Source of the DNA: an uncultured Planctomycetota bacterium
GTDB taxonomy: Bacteria > Planctomycetota > Planctomycetia > Pirellulales > PALSA-1355
Reading direction: 5' to 3'
DNA length: 64,000 nt
Assembly: GCA_963711515.1 (NCBI GenBank)
Contig: CAVQEL010000031.1
Coordinates: 82,052-146,051 of the forward strand
Part shown: positions 36,115 to 46,161 of the stretch, one piece after another
Position numbering within the stretch: position 1 is the first letter of the stretch
Layout of the letters: each line of letters opens with the position of its first letter
Translations under genes and position numbers: made by a program
Notes under the pieces: generated by a model
Database searches by the model: none
What the model was told of the DNA's origin: nothing
Seen by the model: the letters and a program-made list of their open reading frames with translations, nothing else

Positions 36115-36756
36115 TCAATCGTTCTGGTGCAGCTCGGGAAAGACGTCTTCGGAAAGGCCCTGCTTGCGCACCAAGGTGCGGATGCGGGAGAGAAACTCGA
36201 ACTTGAAGTTGGCCACCTGCTGCTCGGACATCTTGAGTTGCGCGGCCACGTCGCGATTGGCCCAGCCGCGGACGAACAAGAGCTCCAGGCATTGGAGCTT
36301 TTGCCACTCGCGGCGGTCGCCGAGCCGGTCGAGCTGTTCGCTGAGTGCCTCGACCAGGGCCGCTTCTTCCAGGCCGCGCCGTTCGCCGCTGCGCATGATG
36401 CTGGAGACAGCGCGACCGCCGGCCGGCGGTTCCCAATCGTTGCCGCTGTGGCCGGTGGCCAGGGGAAGCGTCGGGCGGCGCCCTTCGCGGCGCAAGTGAT
36501 CGGTGAGCTTGTGGGCCGCGATCGAGAACAGGTAGCTTTCCAGCGGGCGCGAATCTTCGAAATTCGGCAGGCTGTTCAAGAAGCCCAGGAACGTCTCTTG
36601 CACGACGTCCTCGCCGGCGGACCGGCGCCCGAGCCGACCCTCGACAAACGCCAGCAGCCGGCCCTCGAAGCGGGCAATCAGCTCGTTCCAAGCCTCGGGC
36701 TCGCCGTCGCGAATGCGAGTCACGAGCAGTCGATCGGACGATGCGGCGCTGGCCAT
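36115..36756 (-). CDS. ECF sigma factor
   Basis: EDVVQETFLGF, YLFSIAAHKLTDHLRR, region 4 HTH. Confidence 0.9.
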   Translation of the reverse strand: MASAASSDRLLVTRIRDGEPEAWNELIARFEGRLLAFVEGRLGRRSAGEDVVQETFLGFLNSLPNFEDSRPLESYLFSIAAHKLTDHLRREGRRPTLPLATGHSGNDWEPPAGGRAVSSIMRSGERRGLEEAALVEALSEQLDRLGDRREWQKLQCLELLFVRGWANRDVAAQLKMSEQQVANFKFEFLSRIRTLVRKQGLSEDVFPELHQND

Positions 36757-37087
36757 AGGGACAGAAGACGCGGTGCCAAGATGCAACGAAGGATTTCGAA
36801 AATCCCTACTATCTTAACACAGCGCCGCGGGGGGCGTCACCGTGCCGAAAACCGCCGAGAATCGGGACCCGGCCGGCCGATCTTACTTTTTCCAACCAAA
36901 GAATCCGCGCCGCTGGCGGGTTAGCGGACCTCGCCCGGCGCGCTCCGCAAATGGTACCGTCCGCACCGGCCCCCCGCATTGCCTTGCCGCCGGGCGGCGG
37001 CGTCAGCTATCCTACAGATGGGTAAATTGCCGTGCCGCCGGCGGGCTTTTCTCGCCGGGGCGCTGGCCGCTATTGACGAGGCTGGAC

Positions 37088-38894
37088 ATGAGGGGTTCGA
37101 GCGTACTGGCGGTGTGCATCGTGCTGGCCGGCGCCACCGCCGCGCTGGCGCAGACGGCCGACGCCGTTGCCCAACAAGCCACCGACGACCAGATCGCCCT
37201 GCTCATCGAGCAGTTGGGCGATCGGCAGTTCGCCGTGCGCCAGCGGGCCCAGCAGCAACTCATGAAGCTGGGCTTCGACGCCTTCGACGCGCTGGTCGAG
37301 GCCGAGAATCACGAAGACCCTGAAGTCGCCATGCAGGCCGGCTACCTGGTGCGGCAGATTCGCTCGGGCTGGACGCAAGAGAGCGATCCGCGTCCGATTC
37401 AGGAGATCCTGAAAAACTACGAACTGCAAAACGACGACGAGCGGCTGGCGAAGATCAAGGAGCTGGCGGCGCTGCCTGACGACGGCGGGCTGAAATGGCT
37501 GTGCCGGCTGGTGCGGTTTGAAAAGTCGCCGCAACTGTCGAAGCAGGCGGCATTGGCGATCATGGCGCACGCGCCGGCCGACGAAGCCGCCTGGACCCGC
37601 CGCGCCGAAACCATCCACGCGGAGCTGAAGCGCACCCGCCGCCGCGCCGCGCAGTGGCTGGAAGTTTATCTCGAAGCGCATGCCGATCCGGCCGGCGCGC
37701 TGCCGAAATGGTCCGCCCTGGCCGCGGCCGAGCAGCAGACCCTCGGCGAACATCCGCGCGACACGCACAGCCAGATCGTGATCGACTTGTTGCGCCGCGA
37801 GGTCGAAATGCTGGACTTGCTCGAGCGCCGCGACGCGACCGAGCCCGTGATGCGGCAGATGGTACTGGCCGAACGGGGCGATTCGGCGTCGCTGGCCGAG
37901 TTGATCAACTGGCTGGTGAAGCGTCGGGCCTGGTCGATGGTCGACCTGGTGGCCGAGCGGTTTTCGGCCAGCTTCGAGGTTGACGCCCTGCTGATGTACA
38001 CGCTGTGCGAAGCCCGCGCGGCCGAGGGCAAAGACGAGCTGGTCGAAGAGATCGCCGCCCGCGCCTTGCAAATCCACGGCGACAGCCAGCAGGAGCACGT
38101 ACTGCTGGCCGACCGGCTGGGCAGCCAGGGACTACCGCGTTGGGCCGATCGCGAGCTGCGCTACGCCATTGAACTGGGCCCGGCGGGCACGCAATGGGAC
38201 GTGCTGGCCAGAAAGCTGTTGGCCAATAGTTTTCACGATCGCCAGGAAGATCGCCAGGCCGGCGAACTGCTCAAGCAACTTGTCGACGCGGCCGAAACCG
38301 ACAGCACCGTGATGCAGCGGCTGCGCACCTCGCAGCAACAGCAGTTCGAGGTGGGCCTCAATTCGCTCCGCTCCGACATGTATTTCTATCAGGCCTGTCA
38401 TGCGGCCGCCGAAGGCAACGCCAAGGAGCAGCGGAGCCTGCTGGAAAAATCGCTCGAGCTGAACCAGCAGAATATCGAAGCCCTGATCGCGCTGTACCAG
38501 GTCACCGACGCCGGCGATCCGAAGCGCGAAGACCTGACGGAATGGAGCAAGGCCTTCATCGAGGATTGCCGCGACCAGATCGAAGACCAGCCCGAGAACC
38601 CCACCTACTACAACCAGATCGCCTGGCTAGTGGCCAACACCGAGGGAGACGTCGACGAGGCGATCGAGCTGTCGCAACGGTCGATCGAGCTGGCCCGGGT
38701 GCAGGACGATTCGCCGCTGCGGCTGGGCGGGCTGCTCGACACGCTGTCGCATTGCTACTTCGCCGCCGGCGACTACGCCAAGGCCATCAAGACCCAGGAA
38801 GAAGCCGCGCGGCTCGATCCTCACACCCACTCGATCCGCCGCGCTGGAAAAGTTTCGCCAGGCACAGGCCGAAAAGCAGGCCAAGAAGTCGTAG
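37088..38894 (+). CDS. Secreted HEAT/TPR repeat protein; frameshift near 38840
   Basis: Signal peptide, LIEQLGDRQFAVRQRA, YNQIAWLVA, LDTLSHCYF; the shifted frame ends LEKFRQAQAEKQAKKS-stop. Confidence 0.8.
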
Positions 38895-38991
38895 AAGCCG
38901 TTTCAAAACCGAGTTTGGGTGCCGCTGCTGGCTTGTCCAGCAGTGCAAACCTCCTCGATAACACTGCTGGACAAGCCAGCAGTGGCACCCC
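38892..38991. repeat. Composite REP-A doublet
   Basis: TAGAAGCCGTTTCAAAACCGAGTTTGGGTGCCGCTGCTGGCTTGTCCAGCAGTG plus an inverted copy. Confidence 0.87.
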
Positions 38992-39046
38992 GAGGCCGTC
39001 GTTGCAGGGCTGCGGCCGCAGCGTCGCCACCGGGAGGGAGCCTGCC

Positions 39047-39892
39047 GTGTTCCACGCGGACGATCATCAGCACGCCAGCGGCCCGACGCGGCGGGTGCGG
39101 GCCGGCGCGGTCGAGCTCGAAGTGCTCGATCGGGGAGCAGAACTGCCGATCGTGTTCTTACACGGCTTTCCGCTCGATCATTCGATGTGGGACGCGCAAG
39201 TCGCCGAGCTTTCGGCGCACGATCGCGCGATCGCACCCGACCTGCGGGGCTTCGGCGGCAGCCAGGTCGTGCCCGGCACGGCTACCATGGCGCAAATGGC
39301 CGACGACATGGCGGCCTTGCTCGACGCGCTGGCGGTCAACCAGCCGGTCGTCCTGTGCGGGCTGTCGATGGGGGGCTACGTGGCGTTCGAATTCTGGCGC
39401 AAATATGCCGACCGGCTGCGCGCGCTGGTGCTGTGCGATACCCGCGCCATGGCCGACACGCCCGAAGCGGTCCGCGCGAGGCACGAAACGGCCGAGCGAG
39501 TGCTCGCCGAAGGAACGGGTCCGCTGGCCGACGGGATGCTGCCCAAGTTGTTCGCTCCCGCGACGCTTGACGGGCAAGCCAACCTGACGGCCATCCAGCG
39601 GCAGGTGATCCTGGCCACGTCGCGCGAGGGAGCGGCCGCGGCGCTCCGCGGCATGGCCGCGCGAAAAGACTTTCGCGAAGCGCTGCCCCGGATCGCGCTG
39701 CCGGTGCTGGTCGTCGTCGGCGAGCACGACGCGATCTCGACGGAGAATGAGATGCGGTCGATGGCCGAGGCTATGCCCGAGGCCGAACTGGTCGTCATCG
39801 CCGGCGCCGGGCACATGAGCCCGTTGGAAAACGCGCCGGCGGTCAACGCGGCGATCGAGCGATTCGTGCAGCGGGTGGAAGCAACTTCGTGA
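39047..39892 (+). CDS. Alpha/beta hydrolase (PcaD-like)
   Basis: HGFP, PDLRGFG, GLSMGG, GEHD, AGHMSPLE; GGAGGGAG RBS. Confidence 0.9.
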   Translation: MFHADDHQHASGPTRRVRAGAVELEVLDRGAELPIVFLHGFPLDHSMWDAQVAELSAHDRAIAPDLRGFGGSQVVPGTATMAQMADDMAALLDALAVNQPVVLCGLSMGGYVAFEFWRKYADRLRALVLCDTRAMADTPEAVRARHETAERVLAEGTGPLADGMLPKLFAPATLDGQANLTAIQRQVILATSREGAAAALRGMAARKDFREALPRIALPVLVVVGEHDAISTENEMRSMAEAMPEAELVVIAGAGHMSPLENAPAVNAAIERFVQRVEATS

Positions 39893-39949
39893 AGGGGGAT
39901 CGCGCTTCCCCGTTCGAGCGGCCGAGGGGCTGCGAAGCGCACGACCGGT

Positions 39950-40489
39950 TCAGGGAATCTCGAACAGCGACTGGCTTTTGACGATCGCGTAGTCGTCGGG
40001 GAAGGTGTGAAAGGCCTGCACCAGCAGGCTGCGATTGCGGGCTTCGAGATTGATGTAGCTCAGGGCGCCCAGGGCCATGCGGCCGCTGGAATCGAAGCGA
40101 TAGAGCATTCCCTGACGTCCGCCGTCGCCGGCCAGCTCCTGCTGAAAGGTCCAAAAGACTTCCGGTTCGACCGGTTCGAGCTGGAAGTTGACGCGGTAGC
40201 GTGCGCCGCCGCGACAATCGACCTGGTCGGTTCCTTCCCCCTTCAGCCGGCAGGAGATCAGGCGCCGCTTCTGCGGCAGCGGATGATGGGCGCTGGTGGC
40301 GACTTCGGTGAGCGTGAGCCCCTGGTAGCGCCAAGTGACGAAATGGCCGGCGCTGGTGATGTTGACCGTGGCCTCGTAGCCGCCGCGGTGGACGGTGCGC
40401 GTGCTATGGACCTGGAACAATTCCGGGTGCAACGCCCTGCCGTAGAGTTGAAAAACCAGCTCGGCGACTTTCGGCCTGACGGAAAGCAC
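39950..40489 (-). CDS. DUF2617-like protein
   Basis: MLSVRPKVAELVFQLYGRALHPELF...FHTFPDDYAIVKSQSLFE; AAGGAG RBS. Confidence 0.75.
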   Translation of the reverse strand: MLSVRPKVAELVFQLYGRALHPELFQVHSTRTVHRGGYEATVNITSAGHFVTWRYQGLTLTEVATSAHHPLPQKRRLISCRLKGEGTDQVDCRGGARYRVNFQLEPVEPEVFWTFQQELAGDGGRQGMLYRFDSSGRMALGALSYINLEARNRSLLVQAFHTFPDDYAIVKSQSLFEIP

Positions 40490-40710
40490 TGCGCGACACT
40501 CCTTCACGAATCGAGAAACGGGGGACAGAGAGCATGACAGAGGGCTATTATAAACTCGCGCCAGAGAGGGACAAAGAGACTTTTTCACTTGCTCGCAAGG
40601 CGCGCGTTTTGCGTCTTGACATTCGCAGGACGGCTGTTCAAAAAAGACGTCGGCCGCTGCTAGCAGAGCCTGGCGCCGGCCGCGAGTTTTTACGCACGGC
40701 GCGGTTCGCG

Positions 40711-41508
40711 CTACGACAGACTGACGAAAATGTCGTACAGCGCGTGCGTGCCGGCCGCGATGCCGAAGCCGCGATAAACGAACAGCACGGCAAAGATCGC
40801 TCCGGCCGAAAATCGAAACACGAACGTGAACGCGTCGACCGCTTCGCCGTGCGGGCCCACGTAGTGCGCGGCCGAAAACAACAGGCTCGTCAAAATCACC
40901 ACGGCGGCGATGCGCACCGCCGGCCGCGTCAGAAGTCGCGTGGCGCAGACGGCCAGGGGGGGCACGAGCATCAGGCGAAACAACAATTCTTCGTAGACGC
41001 CGGCGCCGAGATAGCCCAGCATCCGCCCCAGAAACGCTCCCCGCCCGGCCATCACGATCGGCAGCTCCAACCGGCTGTCGCCGAGTTGCGCTGCGCCGCC
41101 GGAGACGCTGGCGGCCACGAGCCCTTCGACGCGCGCCAGCAGCACCAGCGCCAAACCCAGCACCGCGCATTCGGCAAACATGACGTACAGCACGGCGGCC
41201 GAGACCTGCCACCGCTCGCGCGCCAAGTGATGCCAGGCCAATAGCATGCCCACGGTCATCGCCGGCAACAGAAAGTATTGCGAGAAGCCGAGCGAGTCGA
41301 GGAATTGCCGGAGCCACACGTCGGCGCCGTTGCGCACGGCTTGTGCGCCGAGGATCAGCACGCCCCCTTCGTAAAGGACCAACAGCGGCACGACAAAAGC
41401 CAGGCTCACCAGCGGCCGCCGCGACTGCCGCCAATAACGTGCGAGCGGTCCGCTCGACGCGCCGCCGCTGCTGGTGGTGTTTGCTTTGCTGTCCGATCTG
41501 GCTGGCAT
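40711..41508 (-). CDS. CPBP (Abi/CAAX) intramembrane metalloprotease
   Basis: EELLFR, FSAAHY, GTHALYD. Confidence 0.9.
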   Translation of the reverse strand: MPARSDSKANTTSSGGASSGPLARYWRQSRRPLVSLAFVVPLLVLYEGGVLILGAQAVRNGADVWLRQFLDSLGFSQYFLLPAMTVGMLLAWHHLARERWQVSAAVLYVMFAECAVLGLALVLLARVEGLVAASVSGGAAQLGDSRLELPIVMAGRGAFLGRMLGYLGAGVYEELLFRLMLVPPLAVCATRLLTRPAVRIAAVVILTSLLFSAAHYVGPHGEAVDAFTFVFRFSAGAIFAVLFVYRGFGIAAGTHALYDIFVSLS

Positions 41509-41726
41509 GTGGCCCTTGTCTCGTCGCGGGCGGTCCCGCGTGTGCGTGCCCCTGGCGGTCATCTACTTCTTCGGACGTGCTAGCGTGCCCGCTTGAACGC
41601 GGGCGCCCCTGCGCGGCGACGCAACCGTTATCGTCGTCGAGCCAGCCGGCGCGATCCGCTCCTGATGGATGGCTTGTAGGGAACGTGCAGAGAGGGGCGC
41701 CGGCACATTTGGCCGGTCGGAGGAGG

Positions 41727-41762
41727 GCTCAGGCGGCAGTGAGCTCAGGCGGCAGTGAGCTC
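41727..41762. repeat. 16-bp tandem duplication covering the antiporter stop codon
   Basis: GCTCAGGCGGCAGTGA twice. Confidence 0.85.
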
Positions 41763-42923
41763 CGGCGGCGACATCTCGCCCAGGTGGTAGAAGGCCAGCG
41801 CCAGGATCGCGTACACGGCCACCAGCATGACCCCCTCGAGCCAGTGGCTTTCGCCGTCCTGCGCCACCATGGCCAAGACCACGATCGAGATCGTCACGGC
41901 CACGATCTCCATGGGCGTGAAATGCAAGTCGAGCGGTTGCTGGTGCCCCATCAACATGCTGGAAAACACCAGCACCGGCGCCACGAACAGCGCAATCTGA
42001 ATGCCGCTGCCCACCGCGATATTGACCGACAGATCCATCTTGTCCTTCAGTGCCATCATCACGGCGGTCGAGTGCTCGGCGGCGTTGCCGACGATGGCCA
42101 CCACGATCACGCCCACGAAGACCCGGCTCATGCCCAGTTGCTGGGCCGCGGCTTCCACGGTGGCCACCAGCATTTCGGCGGCGACGGCCACGCACACCGT
42201 CGCCAGCAGCAGCACGACCAGCGACGCGGTGCGGCTCCACGGCGGCGGTTGTTCGTCCCGGCTAGTCGTTTCACCGGCTGTCTCGCCGCCCCCGGTAAAC
42301 ATCTTGCTGTGCGTGACGAACATGAACACCAGCATCAGCACGTACACGCCGGCCAGGATGCAGGCGATCTCTTCGCTGAGGAACTCGACGGTTTCGAGTT
42401 GTTCTTGGTCGAGCGGTCGGCCGGCCGAAAACACGTAGTAATAGAGCGTGGGCATGACGAGGCCCACGGTGGCCAGCGTGAGCAGCGTGGCCCCCATGCT
42501 GGCCGCCTTGGCATTGAAATGCTGATAGTGATGCCGCAATCCGCCGAACAGGACGGACAGTCCCAACACCAGCAGCACGTTGCAAATGATCGAGCCGGTG
42601 ATCGAGGCCTTGACCAGCGGATACATGTGCGGGCCCTGCCAGAGGGCCAGTAGCGCGATGATCAATTCGGCGGCGTTGCCAAACGTGGCATTCAATAGCC
42701 CTCCCGCGCCGCTGCCGAGCGTAGCGGCCAGATGTTCGGTGGCGCGCCCCATCAAGCCGGCCAAGGGAACGATGGCCAGCGCCGAGGCGGCGAAGATCCA
42801 GAGGTCGTCGGCCCCGGCCAATCGCAGCACCAGCGCCACCGGCAAGGCCACCAGCAACAAGTCGAGCGGATGAAGGGGGACGAGCCGCCCCAGCACGGTC
42901 TTCCGCGAGTCGGACGTCGGCAT
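41745..42923 (-). CDS. Ca2+/H+ antiporter (CAX/ChaA family)
   Basis: [15 protein letters not shown] and GNAAEH alpha repeats; WLEGVML. Confidence 0.93.
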   Translation of the reverse strand: MPTSDSRKTVLGRLVPLHPLDLLLVALPVALVLRLAGADDLWIFAASALAIVPLAGLMGRATEHLAATLGSGAGGLLNATFGNAAELIIALLALWQGPHMYPLVKASITGSIICNVLLVLGLSVLFGGLRHHYQHFNAKAASMGATLLTLATVGLVMPTLYYYVFSAGRPLDQEQLETVEFLSEEIACILAGVYVLMLVFMFVTHSKMFTGGGETAGETTSRDEQPPPWSRTASLVVLLLATVCVAVAAEMLVATVEAAAQQLGMSRVFVGVIVVAIVGNAAEHSTAVMMALKDKMDLSVNIAVGSGIQIALFVAPVLVFSSMLMGHQQPLDLHFTPMEIVAVTISIVVLAMVAQDGESHWLEGVMLVAVYAILALAFYHLGEMSPPELTAA

Positions 42924-43000
42924 GCGTGATGAAAACTCCTGGCGGCCGGTTGCGGGTCATCGTAGCCGAATGGCTTGGATTGCCAAAGGCGGCGCGGTAT

Positions 43001-43014
43001 TGTACATTTGTACA
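43001..43014. promoter_or_regulatory. Palindromic operator TGTAC-ATTT-GTACA (candidate LexA box)
   Basis: Perfect 5-4-5 palindrome over the -10 of TTGCCA-N17-TACATT, upstream of SplB-like and rarA. Confidence 0.55.
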
Positions 43015-43046
43015 TATACCTTCGATCGCTTCCCAGGGCTGCCGCC

Positions 43047-44126
43047 GTGAATCCTCCGTCGCGTGCTCGTGCCGTCGGTCGTGCCGCGGGCGTCGATCCG
43101 CCGAATCGGTTTGAGCGGGTGCGCGTCGAGGATGATCTTGAACAGCTCGACGCGACCGACCTGCCGGACGACGCGCGGCGCGTGCCGACCGAGTTTCTGC
43201 CGGATGCCAGCCAGAGTGTGATTTCCACGAACGACAGCCCCGACGTGCCGTTTCGCTATAGCATCAATCCCTACCGCGGCTGCGAGCACGGCTGCGCGTA
43301 TTGCTATGCCAGACCGGGGCACGAGTATCTGGGCATGAACGCGGGGCTGGATTTCGAATCGCGAATTCTGGTGAAGCACGACGCTCCGCGGCGGCTGCGC
43401 GAAGAGCTGGCCGACCGCCGCTGGCGGGGCGATCACATTGCCATCTCCGGCGTGACCGACTGTTACCAGCCGGCTGAGCGGCGATTTCGGCTCACCCGCG
43501 GCTGTCTGGAAGTGATGCTCGAAGCCCGGCAGGCGTTGGGCATCGTGACGAAGAACGCGCTGGTCGTGCGCGATCTCGACCTGCTCGCGCCGTTGGCCGG
43601 CGAGAGCCTGGCCCACGTGTTCGTCAGTCTCACAACGCTCGACGCGGAGCTGGCGCGAACGATGGAGCCGCGCACCGCCACGCCGGCGGCCCGGTTGCGG
43701 GCGATTCGCGAGCTCACCGCTGCCGGCGTGCCGACCGGCGTGATGACCGCGCCGGTGATCCCGGGACTGAACGATCAAGAAATTCCGGCCCTCTTAGAGG
43801 CAGCCCGCGATGCCGGCACCGAAAGCGCCAGTTACACGCTGCTGCGGCTGCCGTTGGCCGTGCGGCCGATCTTCGAGGATTGGGTCACCCGCACGCTGCC
43901 GGACAAGGCCCCGCGCATCCTGTCGCTGGTGCGCGAGACGCACGGCGGGCGGATGAACGAATCGCAGTTCGGCGCGGATGCGGGCGCCGGCCCGTATGCC
44001 GAGGGAGTTGGCCGGACGTTTGCGGTGTTTCGCAAGAAGTTTGGGCTGGACGGGCCGCTGCCGCCGCTGGACGAGTCGAAGTTCCGCCCGCCAAGGGTCA
44101 GCGGCGGGCAATTGCGACTGTTTTGA
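43047..44126 (+). CDS. Radical SAM protein, PA0069/Rv2578c (SplB-like) family
   Basis: NPYRGCEHGCAYCYARP, TDCYQPAE, MEPRTATP, C-terminal QLRLF. Confidence 0.9.
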   Translation: MNPPSRARAVGRAAGVDPPNRFERVRVEDDLEQLDATDLPDDARRVPTEFLPDASQSVISTNDSPDVPFRYSINPYRGCEHGCAYCYARPGHEYLGMNAGLDFESRILVKHDAPRRLREELADRRWRGDHIAISGVTDCYQPAERRFRLTRGCLEVMLEARQALGIVTKNALVVRDLDLLAPLAGESLAHVFVSLTTLDAELARTMEPRTATPAARLRAIRELTAAGVPTGVMTAPVIPGLNDQEIPALLEAARDAGTESASYTLLRLPLAVRPIFEDWVTRTLPDKAPRILSLVRETHGGRMNESQFGADAGAGPYAEGVGRTFAVFRKKFGLDGPLPPLDESKFRPPRVSGGQLRLF

Positions 44127-44156
44127 CGAATCGTGAGACAGCGCCGACGCATCTCA

Positions 44157-44221
44157 ACCCGACGCGTGAGCGAGGCGCATCATAAAACGGTATCCGGTCT
44201 CACTTACGCTTCGGGTTGGGA
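44157..44221. repeat. REP family D doublet
   Basis: AACCCGACGCGTGAGCGAGG ... CTCACTTACGCTTCGGGTTGGGA. Confidence 0.75.
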
Positions 44222-44324
44222 TCATGTGCGCGGCGTGACTGCTCCGCGGGCGGTGGATCGCGTACAATTCGGACGTTCCCATGAATCTCGCGTGCCGCGG
44301 TCCATTGCCAACAAACGGTTTGCC

Positions 44325-45683
44325 ATGTCCTTGTTCGAAGCCAGCGAAGCCGCCCATCGGCGCCAGGCCCAGCCGCTGGCGGCGCGGATGCGCCCGCGGT
44401 CGCTTGAGGAGTTCGTCGGCCAGCAGCACTTCCTGGGCGAGGGGAAACTCTTGCGGCGCTTGTTGGCGGCCGACCGGCTGGGCTCGGTGATCTTTTACGG
44501 CCCGCCGGGGACGGGCAAGACGACGCTCGCCCATTTGCTGGCCCAGGCCAGCCGCAGCAAGTTCGTCGAGCTCAGCGCCGTCGCCAGCGGCGTCAAGGAG
44601 CTGCGTGAAGTGCTCCAGGCGGCCCGCGACCGGTTGTCGGCCGGCGGTACCAAGACGCTGTTGTTCGTCGACGAGATTCACCGCTTTAACAAATCGCAGC
44701 AGGACGTCCTCTTGCCCGACGTGGAAGAAGGGATCGTGATCCTGGTCGGTGCGACGACGCAGAACCCGTTCTTCGCCCTGAACAGCGCGCTGGTCAGCCG
44801 CAGCCGGGTGTTCGAGTTCAAGCCGCTCGCCGGCGAAGACATTAAGGCCCTCGTCCGCCGGGCACTGGCGGATCGCGAACGCGGGCTGGGGGGCTACGAC
44901 GTCCGCCTGCACGACGACGCGCTCGACTTTCTGGCCGACGTGAGCGACGGCGACGCTCGCCGGGCCTTGGGCGCCTTGGAAATCGGCGTGCTTTCGAGCG
45001 AAGCGCAACCGGTCGAGTTTACCCGGGCGTTGGCCGCCGAATCGGTGCAGCGGAAGACGATCGAATACGACCGCACCGGCGATGCCCACTACGATGCCGC
45101 CAGCGCGCTGATCAAGAGCATGCGCGGCAGCGATCCGGACGCGGCCATCTATTGGCTGGCCCGGATGCTGGAGGCCGGCGAGGACGTGCGCTTTTCGGCG
45201 CGGCGGATCGTAATCTTCGCCAGTGAAGACGTCGGCAATGCCGATCCGCAGGCGCTGCCGCTGGCCGTGGCCGCAATGCAGGCTTGCGAGTTCGTGGGAC
45301 TGCCCGAGTGCCAGTTGAACCTGGCCCAAGCCGTGACGTACATGGCGACGGCGCCCAAGTCGAACGCCTCGATGGTCGCGCTGGGCGAAGCGACCGCCGA
45401 CGTGCGCGAGGGGCGGCTGCTGCCGGTGCCGGTCATCCTGCGCGACAGTCACTATGCCGGAGCCAAGCGGCTGGGCCACGGCCAGGGGTATCAGTATTCG
45501 CACAACAGCCCCGACGCGATCGCCGAACAGGACTACCTGGGTGTGGAGCGCGAGTATTATCGCCCGGTCGATCGCGGCTACGAGAGCGAACTGGCCCGGC
45601 GGCTGGAAACGATTCGCGCCCGGCTGCGCAAGGCCCGCGAGGCGTCGGCGGACGCCGGCACCGAGAAGTTGGAGGACCGATAA
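44325..45683 (+). CDS. rarA: Replication-associated recombination protein A
   Basis: PLAARMRP, GPPGTGKTT, DEIHRFNK, SALIKSMRGSDPDAA. Confidence 0.95.
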   Translation: MSLFEASEAAHRRQAQPLAARMRPRSLEEFVGQQHFLGEGKLLRRLLAADRLGSVIFYGPPGTGKTTLAHLLAQASRSKFVELSAVASGVKELREVLQAARDRLSAGGTKTLLFVDEIHRFNKSQQDVLLPDVEEGIVILVGATTQNPFFALNSALVSRSRVFEFKPLAGEDIKALVRRALADRERGLGGYDVRLHDDALDFLADVSDGDARRALGALEIGVLSSEAQPVEFTRALAAESVQRKTIEYDRTGDAHYDAASALIKSMRGSDPDAAIYWLARMLEAGEDVRFSARRIVIFASEDVGNADPQALPLAVAAMQACEFVGLPECQLNLAQAVTYMATAPKSNASMVALGEATADVREGRLLPVPVILRDSHYAGAKRLGHGQGYQYSHNSPDAIAEQDYLGVEREYYRPVDRGYESELARRLETIRARLRKAREASADAGTEKLEDR

Positions 45684-45707
45684 CCCGCGCTCAACGGCAC
45701 GGCTCAA

Positions 45708-45945
<238 letters not shown>

Positions 45946-46161
45946 CGTGCAGTCGGGGTGGTGCTGGCATCGCTGGAACATTGGTCTGGCATCGCCGCGT
46001 TGCTTGGCCTATCATCCGCCCCGGGGAACCTTGGTCTGCGCCGAGTGCTGCCGCTGGTACGTGCAGACGGCAAGCGCGGGACGGTTCGCACCCATCCTTT
46101 CGGAACCGCAATCGGAATCGCGATCGCGTTTGTCGCCAGGGTCGTCAGGGAGGACGAACTT

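Noticed and set aside
36842-39892. 1016-aa TPR plus alpha/beta hydrolase fusion ORF
   Set aside because: A frameshift near 38840 bypasses the TAG at 38892 and reads through a REP element; the hydrolase has its own RBS and GTG.
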